The position numbers were made by a program, and so were the translations under genes. A DNA stretch of 64,000 nt from Macrostomum lignano (taxonomy: Eukaryota): the NCBI GenBank assembly GCA_002269645.1, contig NIVC01002619.1:7580-71579 (forward strand), read 5' to 3'. Below are positions 48,546-59,700 of this stretch, in pieces (within the stretch, counting starts at the first letter, position 1; the number at the start of each line of letters is the position of its first letter). A model generated the notes under the pieces. It saw only the letters and a list, made by a program, of their open reading frames with translations. It searched no databases and was not told the origin of the DNA.

Positions 48546-51086
48546 ATGGCTTGTTCTCAATGTCGTGTCAGTAGCGGTCATGCTTATTGCACATTGGTGC
48601 CTACAATTGACGGCATTATGATGGTGGATCCTGGTATGAAACCAGTTATTATTGCATAAAACTATATTCTCATACCGTTACGAACTACATGTAGATAACT
48701 CCCGTCCGAACCTCTTTCAACTCTCCCGCTACAGAGACTTCGGAGCCGCAATATGTAGAGATTGAAAAAATTACTCCAGCTTCACCTCCGCCGCGACCGC
48801 CGAGACACGGAAAAACGTCACCTCCGCAACCTCCACCACAACCTCCACCTAAACCTAGACCACAACCTCCACCTAAACCTATACCACAACCTCCACCTAA
48901 ACCTAAACCACAACCTCCACCTAAGCCACAACCTCGACCACAACCTCGACCACAACCTCAACCACAACCTCAACCACAACCTCGACCACAACCTCAACCA
49001 CAACCTCGACCACAACCTCAACCACAACCTCGACCACAACCTCAACCACAACCTCGACCACAACTTCCACCACCTACTGCACAACCACATTGGCAAGCAT
49101 ATCCAAAGCGTAACGTCTGTAAAGGTTTCTGCAACTGCTTCAAAAGCAGAAATTGCGCCTGGTCTTTGGTTGCATTTTTTCTTCATTTGCTGTTGGCCTG
49201 TTGTCTGACATTGACCGTAGTGCTTTTTGGCCCGCTGCGGCTGTTAAAGGATGATGGACTGGTGAGCTGACACTGAAAATGGTAAAAGAATGGGATTTTA
49301 GGCGAAAGAAATGAGATTCTGAGCTGAAAATTCTGCAGATTCTAGATAATAAATTCTGAGATTCGGGGCAGAAAATTCTGTAGATTCTTGGCAGAAAGTT
49401 CTGTAGATTCTTGGCAGAAAATTCTGTAGATTCTGGGCAGAAAACTCTGTAGATTCTTGGCAGAAAGTTCTGTAGATTCTGGGCAGAAAATTCTGTAGAT
49501 TCTGGGCAGAAAATTCTGTTAGACTCAAGGCAGAAAATTCTGTAGATTCTGGGCAGAAAATTCTGTAGCTTCTAGGCAGAAAATTCTGCAAAATTTACTA
49601 CGATTTAGTCTACGGCAGATTCATAGTAATGAAGGGATAGATTCGTCATGGAAAATTGAAAAATTCAGGGAAGAATGAAAGGAATATTTAGTGGACGAAA
49701 ATTAGGATAATTATATAGACAGACGAAGTTAACTAAAGCTAATCATGTGTTGTTCCTGATTCATTAGTTAGCTAACTATTCAGTAGAAAACTCCCCCACA
49801 CCAACACGGCGCAGGTACGAGTATCACAAGAGTGGATCAACTTGTCGTCGAATTTCGAGTCTCCAAGCCTCACGGGTCTTGGCTGTAAGTCCATTTGCCG
49901 GGCATATGAATTGCTTACTCAGCAATTACGTCTATAGTATACAATTATTTTCTTGGCCTGAACTTCCATATTTTCTGGCGTACATTTAGCCAGCAAATTG
50001 TTTAACAAAACTGGTCTTTCGTCAACCGTCAATGTTTGACATAAACACATGAAGCCGCTACTTTGCCAGCGTGCGCGATGTGGTTTTTAACTGTTAGTCT
50101 GAATTATACCCGTGCACAAAAATTATATTTAGTCATTCAATTCACTGTTTATAGCACACTTACTTGAAGTGCGAAGGTAGAGGAGTGAAGATAGAGGGTG
50201 AAGGTAGATGTAGAAGGCGGGGTAGAGGACAGAGGTATAGAGGGGCGAAGATAGAGAGGGTGTAGTTAGAAGGGCGGAAGTAAAGGGCGGAGGTAGAGAG
50301 CGGAGATGGAGGGGGCGGAGATAGTGGGGGTGGATGTTGAGGTAGAGGCCGGAGGTAGATGGGGCGGAGATAGTGGGGGTGTAGTTAGAAGGGTGAAGGT
50401 AGAGGGCGGAGGTAGAGTGTGGACTTACGAGCGTAGAGGGGCGGAGGTAGATATAATGAAGGTATAAAATATGAGATGCCCAATTGCACTTTGCAAAACA
50501 CGAAGCCCGACAGCCGGGAACTACAAGCAACTTTTTCAACTGAAGCCAAACTATTTCAGTACAAACTCGCTGCTAAGCCAAACAAAGATTGATTGCTCAC
50601 CTGCCAATGCCCCAACTTCAGCCGTGAACTTCGCCGCAATCGACCCGTCTATTAAGATGGTCAAGATTGAAGAGGACGAAAACGGCCAAAGAAGCAAAAT
50701 ACTCATCAAACAGGGTGGTCTGTTCCGCATCAATTTCAATGTGAGTAGAAGCTCAACCTCACTGAAAGTAGCAGATCTTATTTGATTCTTATCTGATTTA
50801 TATTTAGTCATTAATTAAAAAGACCTTATATTTCCAGGTAAATTTTGATTGCAAGAACGGCGTAACTACTGTTCAATCGAGAGTTCAATATTCGACGCCG
50901 AAGCATCAGGAGTCCCAAAAACTGCACGAGTGCATGCGAAAATGGATTGGTCAGTCAAGCCGCGATTTAATTGTGTGCAGTTTCAGCATAGTTCGTCCAC
51001 TAACGGTCAATAGTTGGCTGCAGTTGCAGTTTTCTAGATATAACTGCAAAAATAACTTTACTGTAAGCTTGGAGAGAATGGTTTAA
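48546..51086 (+). CDS. Putative TNF-superfamily-like type II membrane ligand (copy B) with Pro-rich cytoplasmic domain, 5 exons, 380 aa
   Basis: Exons: 48546-48633, 48735-49261, 49787-49884, 50560-50740, 50838-51086. GT-AG junctions, phases 1/0/2/0, 1143-nt open frame. Architecture: MACSQC..YC N-terminus, YVEI, about 100-aa PQPPPKP/PQPR tract, CKGFCNCFKSRNC, TM helix AWSLVAFFLHLLLACCLTLTVVLFGPL, then a beta-rich domain with ILIKQGGLFRINFN|VNF (TNF/C1q-like xxGxYxxxxxVxF strand) ending FTVSLERMV*. The TNF assignment rests on motif pattern and an intron position shared with gene C. Confidence 0.7.
49315..49620. repeat. 22-bp minisatellite (intron 2 of TNF-like copy B)
   Basis: About 13 copies of GCAGAAAATTCTGTAGATTCTG-type units. 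Confidence 0.93.
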
Positions 51087-51754
51087 CAAATTTTTGCATT
51101 CGTGAATTGTGCCATATAAGCCTTAAAGAGAAATAGATTTACAGCCAGAGTCCCAGTCAGCCAGCCCACTTATCTGCCCACTTATCACTGACTCTTTTTA
51201 AATTCTAAAGACTTCCTCAGCCCCGTCTTGCCCCACCCCTCCACTAGAGCGTCTCCTTCCTACCCCCACCGTACATTCATTTAATAGCTGCGTACAAACC
51301 CGCCCCTCCTTTTAAAGCGCCCACCCCAATTTTCTCGTCCTCTCGTCTTTATACCACTTCAAATTCTAAAGATTTTCTCACCCCTGCTTGCTCACCTCCT
51401 CACTAGAGCGTCGCCTTCCTACCCCTCACTGTACATTCATCCAATGGCTGTGTACAAATCCACCCTCCCCTTAAAGCCCCCCACTAATCTCCTCATCAAA
51501 TTAGCTATTTAACTCAATTTGTATTTCATCAGTGTACATTTTTCTCCAGTGAGTGTACTGCTTAAAAATCGTTAATTGTCGACAGTTACTTATGCTTTAG
51601 ATATCAACTAGCAATCTTCGCCCCCCGATGGGGGACATCTGGATAGAATCTCTGTTTTCTACAAGTAACAAAAAGACAGCCAAAAATCCTTCAAAAAGAC
51701 AACAGACAAACTGCTCAAATGAAGTGCATTGCAAAAAGAAATCATCCCAAGACT

Positions 51755-52835
51755 GCAAGCATCCCCCAGATAGCAAGCATCCCCAGATAGCAAGCATCCC
51801 CAGATAGCAAGCATCCCCCAGATTGCAAGCATCCCCCAGATAGCAAGCATCCCCCAGATAGCAAGCATCCCCCAGATAGCAAGCATCCACCCAGATAGCA
51901 AGCATCCCCCAGATAGCAAGCATCCCCCAGATAGCAAGCATCCCCCAGATAGCAAGCATCCCCCAGATAGCAAGCATCCCCCAGATAGCAAGCATCCCCA
52001 AGATAGCAAGCATCCCCCAGATAGCAAGCATCCCCCAGATAGCAAGCATCCCCCAGATAGCAAGCATCCCCCAGATAGCAAGCATCCCCAAGATAGCAAG
52101 CATCCCCCAGATTGCAAGCATCCCCAAGATAGCAAGCATCCCCCAGATAGCAAGCATCCCCCAGATAGCAAGCATCCCCAGATAGCAAGCATCCCCCAGA
52201 TAGCAAGCATCCCCCAGATAGCAAGCATCCCCAGATAGCAAGCATCCCCCAGATAGCAAGCATCCCCCAGATAGCAAGCATCCCCAAGATAGCAAGCATC
52301 CCCCAGATAGCAAGCATCCCCAAGATAGCAAGCATCCCCAAGATAGCAAGCATCCCCAAGATAGCAAGCATCCCCCAGATAGCAAGCATCCCCAAGATAG
52401 CAAGCATCCCCCAGATTGCAAGCACCCCCAGATAGCAAGCATTCCTCAGATAGCAAGCATCCCCCAGATAGCAAGCATCCCCAGATAGCAAGCATCCCCA
52501 AGATAGCAAGCATCCCCCAGATAGCAAGCATCCCCCAGATAGCAAGCATCCCCCAGATAGCAAGCATCCCAAGATAGCAAGCATCCCCAAGATAGCAAGC
52601 ATCCCCAAGATAGCAAGCATCCCCCAGATTGCAAGCATCCCCCAGATTGCAAGCATCCCCCAGATAGCAAGCATCCCCAAGATAGCAAGCATCCCTCAGA
52701 TAGCAAGCATCCCCCAGATAGCAAGCATCCCCAGATAGCAAGCATCCCCCAGATAGCAAGCATCCCCCAGATAGCAAGCATCCCCAAGATAGCAAGCATC
52801 CCCAAGATAGATAGCATCCCCAAATAGCAAGCATC
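51755..52835. repeat. 17-18-bp minisatellite GATAGCAAGCATCCCCCA
   Basis: About 60 copies. Confidence 0.97.
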
Positions 52836-52954
52836 CACCAGACAATAAGTAGCTAGTGCGACAATTTCCTTAGCATTATAGCGGCTCCTTTAAAATTCGC
52901 TTACTTTTACGTTTGAAATTGTGTATCTTTTATGTTTAACAGGGTGGCTCTTTT

Positions 52955-55158
52955 ATGTTCTACGCTCGTACATGGTAACTCTTTTATGTTTGATACGGTG
53001 GCTTTTCAATGTCTGACATAGTGGCTCTTCTATGTTTGACATGGGGGCTCTTCTATGTTTGACATGGGGGCTCTTCTATGTTTGACATGGGGGCTCTTCT
53101 ATGTTTGACATGGGGGCTCTTCTATGTTTGACAAAGTGGCTTTTTAATGTTTGACATGGTGGCTCTATTATGTTTGACATGGTGGCTCTTTAATGTTCGA
53201 AATGGTGGCTCTTTAATGTTCAAAAAGGTGGCTCTTTTATGTTTGACATGGTGGCTCTTTAATGTTTGACATGGTGGCTCTTTAATGTTTGACATGGTGG
53301 CTCTTTAATGTTAGACAAAGTAGCTCTTTAATGTTTGACATGATGGCTCTTCAATGATAGACATGGTGGCTCTTTAATTTTTGACATGGTGGCTCTTTAA
53401 TGTTGGACATGGTGGCTCTTTAATGTTAGACATGGTGGCTCTTTAATGTTCGACATAAAGTCACTTATATGTTTGACATGATGGCTCTTTTATGTTTAAC
53501 ATGGTGGCTCTTTAATGTTTGACATGGTAGCTCTTTAAAGTTCGACATGGTGGCTCTTTAATGTTCGACATGGTGGCTCTTTACTGTTCGACATGGTGGC
53601 TCTTTTATGTTAGACATGGTGTTGCTTCAATGTTTGACATGGAGTTACGTATATGTTTTACATGGTGGCTCTTTTATGTTCGACGTGGTGGCTCTTTAAT
53701 GTTTGACATGGGGTCTCTTCAATGTTTGACATGGAGTTACGTATATGTTTGACATGGTGGCTCTTTAATGTTTTACATGGTGGCACTTTCATGTTTGACC
53801 TGGTGGCTCTTAAATGTTTGACATGGTGGCTCTTGATTGTTCGACATAGAGTCATGTATATGTTTGCCATGGTGGCTCTTTAATGTTAGACCTGGTGGCT
53901 CTTTTATGTTTTGCATGGTGGCTCTTTTATGTTCGACATGGTGTCTCTTCAATGTTTGACATGGAGTCATGTATATGTTTGACATGGTGGCTCTTGTATT
54001 TTTAACACGTTGGCTCTTTAATGTTCGACATGGTGGCTCTTTAATGTCTAACATGGAGTCACGTATATGTTTGACATGGAGTCATGTATATGTCTGATAT
54101 GGTAGCTCTTTAATGTTTTACATGGAGTTACCTATATGTTTCACATGGTGGCTATTTTATGTTTGACATCATGGTGGTTCTTAAATGTTCGACATGGTGG
54201 CTCTTTAATGTTTTACATGGTGGCTCTTTAATATTTGACATGGTGGCCCTTTTATGTTCTACACGGTGGCTCTTTAATGTTTGACATGGAGTCATGTATA
54301 TGTTTGACCTGGTGGCTCTTTAATGTTTGACATGGTGGCTCTTTAATGTTTTATATGGTGGCACTTTTATGTTTGACCTGGTGGCTCTTTAATGTTTGAC
54401 ATGGTGGCTTTTTAATATTTGACATGGTGGCACTTTCATGTTTGACCTGGTGGGTCTTTAATGTTTGACATGGTACCTCTTTTATGTTCGACATGGTGGC
54501 TCTTTAATGTTTTACATGGTGGCTCTTTAATGTTTGACATGGTGACTCTTTTATGTTCTACATGGTGGCTCTTTTATGTTCGACATGGTGGCTCTTTAAT
54601 GTTTGATAAGGTGGCTCTTTAATGTTTAAAATGGTGGCTCTTTAATTTTCGAAATGGTGGCTGTTTTATGTTTGACATGGTGGCTCTTTAATGTTCGACA
54701 TGGTGGCTCTTTAATGTTCTTAATGGTGTCTGTTTTATGTTTGACATGGCGGCTCTTTAATGTTTGACATGGTAACTCTTTTAGGTTTGAAATGGTGTCT
54801 CTTTAATGTTTGACATGGTGGCTTTTTAATGTTTGACATGGTGGCTTTTTATTGTTCGACATGGTGGCTCTTTTAGGTTTGAAATGGTGGCTCTTTAATG
54901 TTTGACATTGTGGCTCTTTAATGTTCGACATGGTGGCTCTTTAATGTTTGACATGGTAACTCTTTTATGTTTGATATGGTGGCTCTTTTATGTTCGACAT
55001 GGTGGCTCTTTAATGTTCGACATGGTGGCTCTTTTAGGTTTGAAATGGTGGCTCTTTAATGTTTGACATTGTGGCTCTTTAATGTTTGAAATGGTGGCTC
55101 TTTAATGTTTGACATTGTGGCTCTTTAATGTTTGAAATGGTGGCTCTTTAATGTTTAG
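52955..55158. repeat. 23-24-bp minisatellite TTTAATGTTTGACATGGTGGCTC
   Basis: About 95 moderately diverged copies. Confidence 0.96.
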
Positions 55159-55519
55159 AATTTTGTGTTTTTAAGGTGTTTTAATAAAAAAAACATTTTT
55201 CACTACTAAGATTCGAACCAAGGTCGCTACATTAGCATTCCAGTCTGTTTGCATCCAGCTATCTCTTTTCAATTGGAGAACTTGAATTGTGGCCCTATAA
55301 TAAATTCTTATAGCAAGTCAGTTAGAGTAAAAAGTTATGACATAATCAATTTCTCAGTCAGCCAGTATCAGTCTGAATTCAAGTTAGCAATATGGTTACG
55401 CAATTTCAATGAAGTCTTGTGTGCGTTTCTGTGGCACTGTTTTCAACTTGTTGTGATGCAATCTTTATCACAATCGTAATTCAGCCAGTCAGTTTTTTCT
55501 CTAGCATTCTTACAATTCA

Positions 55520-55740
55520 TTTCAAGTCAAAAATTTGGCTTGACCTTTGCAAAAAAGCATGTTTTTCGAATATTTAATCCCTTTAACATTGAGCAATTTC
55601 TTAGCCAAGATGCATGTACCGTCCCAGGAAAATTTCTGATCGAATGGTGCAAGTTTGAAGAAAATCGGTTGAGCCATTTTTTCTGAAATCTATCGCATAG
55701 CTAGTTAGTTACAGACATTTCATTTTTAGTATATAGGAAG
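55520..55740 (+). mobile_element. Possible Helitron/Helentron-derived non-autonomous element end
   Basis: gcaagtttgaagaaaatcggttgagccatttt...gttacagaca...ttttagtatatag resembles DINE-1/HINE-type 3' ends (pattern recall only). Confidence 0.3.
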
Positions 55741-56078
55741 TGCTTATCAATTAACACTTTATAGTTAACATTAACAATGTCCATGTCCTACCCGTTTTGC
55801 CTGCTGAGTTTTATTGACCATGCTTGTATATAACAGGCGCTTGTATTTTTCATCATGCAGGTATTCGTGAAATGAACTCAGTTCAGAGCGCGTTAAATTC
55901 CTAAATATCATTTTGTGCTTAATTTTTGCAGTAAAATATTTTTGTACACACAATTGGCTTTCATTCATGTTTTGAGCTACTTTGAGTAGGTTAATTCTGT
56001 TTACCGCTAAAATCATCTGAATACATCTAAATACATTTTGTAACTGCTTGTTGTTGTTTAAATTTATTTTTTCTCAAG

Positions 56079-56562
56079 GCGTTTGTTACCTTATCATTAT
56101 CTCAATGGCGCAATTGTGTCATGGAAAAGTACAATTATAGAATCATTATCATGAATCTTGTAGCAGCAGCCAAAACACGTGATCCAATGGTTACTAAGCA
56201 AGTATTGCATTGGAGTGAATCATCCAAACCCGATAGCCCAAAAGCAGCGCATAGTTTACATTCGAAAGATTTGAAAATACAGTGTGGCATCGAAACGGAG
56301 TTATAAAAACCGAAAATAGCTTCTTTAAATACTTGGTAAGCTTTTTGGCATCCTTGGCAGTAGTTTCTTATCTAGCCCAACAGATCAAAGCAAACGTTGG
56401 CAGCAAGACTTTGCAAATTGGCAACACAGTTTTATTAGTATACGGTGGTTTTGCTTGGTTGAATCAAAAGAGAAGGTCAATAGTCCATTTTTCAACTTCA
56501 TTGAACCTAACGATGTACTAATATGTAACGGAAGTCTAGCCTTTAAAGTCAACAATTTTTAA
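56079..56562 (+). pseudogene. Frameshifted single-exon TNF-homology-domain-like sequence (copy D)
   Basis: Strong acceptor ttttttctcaag at 56078. Restoring two single-base deletions (near 56280 and in the T run near 56490) gives about 160 aa: IIMNLVA..QVLHWSES..NGVIKTENSFFKYLVSF..LLVYGGFAWLNQKRRSIVHF..CNGSLAFKV*. This follows the TNF order (strand A, LxW, GxYxxY, GGxxxL, FGAF-like end). Upstream exons were not resolved. Confidence 0.45.
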
Positions 56563-56771
56563 ACATTTATTTTCCTTTTCTTACTACTGGCTTGAGTAGA
56601 CAGTTCAGAGTGCAAAAATACAGCTATTTTTATTAACAGACAGCCAATCAGAATTGAAGCCATCTTTAATATAAATATTGCATCTTTACACGGATTTATC
56701 TTAGCAAAGATTTTAGTAACTGCTGCAGTCCTACAATTACATTGAGCCTCACATGCGCTGACTTAACTACA

Positions 56772-59700
56772 ATGGCTAATAATACAGTAAAGTTCAGCAA
56801 AGAGCAGGACAATGTATACTTCACCATAGTATCGCTGACCGGTGAACAGCCGCAGCCGTCACCGCAGCTGCCTGCCCCAGGTACCAGCAATGAACTTCCG
56901 CCTTCAATTCTCTTGTCGTCATCGCCAATTCCAGAAGCCTCTACGTCACATGGCCGCCGGTTCGAGCAGAATCGACAGGCAAAAACTCGGATGACCTCAA
57001 GTAGAGGTTCGCAGAGGTCTTCGTCGTTCTTTGCCAGACGGCAGAAGCAGCAACACCAGGAGCAGCAGCAGATGAAACAGCAGTCTAGTCTGCGCCAGCA
57101 GGATAAACGAGGTGCCCGGACTCCTTCGTCGAGACAATCGTCGGGAACTCGAAGGTCTGGAAGGTCTCGAAGCAGTGCTCGAAATTCGCAGGAGCGTCGC
57201 CAGCTGTCAATCATCAATACCACATCCTTCATCGTGTTCATGGCCAACCTACTGGCAACCATGGCTGTCCTGGCCATGTTCTCGTCTGACTTCGCTGCCC
57301 TGACTGCTGCAGGCGGGAGCCCAGCGATGAAGCTGAAAGTGAACAGGTATTTAGTCTGATTTGTTTTGGGGAGGGAGCTAGGGAGAGACAGGCGTTGCGA
57401 GGAAGAGAGGGGAGAGGAGAGGAAGAGTGGGAGAGAGGGAGAGTGGGAGAGAGGGAGAGTAGGAGAGAGGGAGAGTGGGAGAGAGGGAGAGTGGGAGAGA
57501 GGGAGAGTGGGAGAGAGGGAGAGTGGGAGAGAGGGAGAGTGGGAGAGAGGGAGAGTGGGAGAGAGGGAGAGTGGGAGAGAGGGAGAGTGGGAGAGAGGGA
57601 GAGTGGGAGAGAGGGAGAGTGGGAGAGAGGGAGAGTGGGAGAGAGGGAGAGTGGGGGAAAGGGAGGATGGGGGAAAGGAAGAGTGGGGGAGAAAGAGAGT
57701 AGGGGAGAGGGGAGAGGAGAGAGGGGGAGAGGAAGAGAGGGGTAGAGGAAGAGAGGGGTAGAGGAAGAGAGGGGTAGAGGAAGAGAGGGGTAGAGGAAGA
57801 GAGGGGTAGAGGAAGAGAGGGGTAGAGGAAGAGAGGGGTAGAGGAAGAGAGGGGTAGAGGAAGAGAGGGGGAGAGGAAGAGAGGGGTAGAGGAGGAGAGG
57901 GGGAGAGGAAGAGAGGGGTAGAGGAAGAGAGGGGAGAGGAGGAGAGGAGAAGAGGAAGAGAGGGGGAGAGGAGAGGGGGAGAGGGAGAGAGGGGGGAGAG
58001 GAGAGGGGGAGAGAGAGAGGGAGAGAGGGGGAGAGGACAGAGAAGGAGAGAGAGGGAGGGGGAGAAGACAGAGAAGGAGAGAGAGGGAGGGGGAGAAGAC
58101 AGAGAAGGAGAGAGAAGGAGAGAGGGGGAGAGGACAGAAAAGGAGAGAGAGAGGGAGAGAGGGGGAGAGGACAGAGAAGGAGAGAGAGAGGGAGAGAGGG
58201 GGAGAGGACAGAGAAGGAGAGAGAGGGAGAGAAGGGGAGAGGACAGAGAAGTGAGCATGCAGTTGTCAATCAGAATGGAATGCCGCACCCGCAGGCTTGG
58301 CTCAGTCTGTCAATCGGCAGAAGCCGGATCTGTCAGACAAGCGAGGACACAGAATGTCACCGCCAAGATCAAAGCACCTATTTTTCGGGGGGTGAGCATG
58401 GTTGCATGTACATATGAATAGTTTTTATGCCCTAAAATCAATTCATAGTCATATTTCAAGTCTATTGACTTGGGCGTATTCTAACGATTTGAACTTATTT
58501 TGTCATTTCTTTTTAAGCGAAGTTGAAAATCTTGTTAGCAAGTTCAGCTTCAGAAAATCTGGTGTGCAAAATTCAAGAAATTTTTAAGTAAATTGCTGCA
58601 CTGATTGCAATCTGTCTTTGACCAGAATTTTAGTAGAGAAATCAAATGCTTTGCTGGTGTTTAAGGCCAGGCCATATCAATGCTTTCTAGAGGGACAGTA
58701 GTGTGCACAAGAGTGCCTATAATGTAGGGTGTGACAAGATCGCCTATACCGTATAGGGTGTGACAAGAGTGCCTATATTGTATGGGGTGTGACAAGAGTG
58801 CCTAATGAAGAGTGACGAGGTTCACTACATATTGCTTTTCTGCACATCATGAGAACAGTTGCAACCAAACAAAGATCTCCAACTCATCCGCAATCGCATA
58901 GTGAACTCAATCGGCCCCCTGACGTGCAGCGACTGGTCTAAGCACTCTGCCAACTGTGAAAACGGCATCCGTGGTCCTCTGTACAAACTGATTGGCAACT
59001 CCAACCGGATCCAGGTTGCTAGGGATGGCTACTACAGGATATACATGATGGTGAGATGAGATGGACTGCCCTACAGCCTCGGACATACATGTACACCTCA
59101 CTCCACCATGCACCCACCTCACTCCACTATACACCCACCTCACTCCACTATACACCCATCTCACTCCGCTATACACCCACCTCACTCCACTATACACCCA
59201 CCCACTCCACTATACACCCACCTCACTCCTCTATACACCCATCTCACTCCGCTATACACCCAACCCACTCCACCGTGCACCCACCTCACTCCACTATGCA
59301 CTCAACCCACTCCACCGTGCACCCACCTCACTCCACCGTGCACCCACCTCACTCCACCTTGCACCCACCTCACTCCACCGTGCACCCACCTCACTCCACC
59401 GTGCACCCACCTCACTCCACCTTGCACCCACCTCACTCCACCGTGCACCCACCTCACTCCACCGTGCACCCACCTCACTCCACCGTGCACCCACCTCACT
59501 CCACTATACACCCACCCACTCCACTATACACCCACCCACTCCACTATACACCCACCACTCCACCATGCACCCACCTCACCCGCTATACACCCTTCCTCCT
59601 CTAAACCTAAAAGTACTTCAGGCTACTTACTACCATATAAAAGTTCAATTTTATACCCCGATATCAACACGTCTCACATATGGCAGGTATCCTCTTGTTG

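Noticed and set aside
48762-49208. His/Asn/Leu-repeat ORF (HNLDHNLN) and its counterpart at 44067-44414
   Set aside because: Shifted frame of the Pro-rich exon; splice phases and the TM helix support the other frame.
51597-52838. Cys/Gly/Leu-rich ORFs up to 391 aa
   Set aside because: 17-18-bp satellite translations.
55195-55245. B-box-like GGTTCGAATC followed by a T run on the minus strand
   Set aside because: No A box or cloverleaf; at most a SINE remnant, not a tRNA gene.
56696-58288. 530-aa minus-strand ORF
   Set aside because: Antisense to gene C exon 1 plus a GA-rich intron; no independent support.
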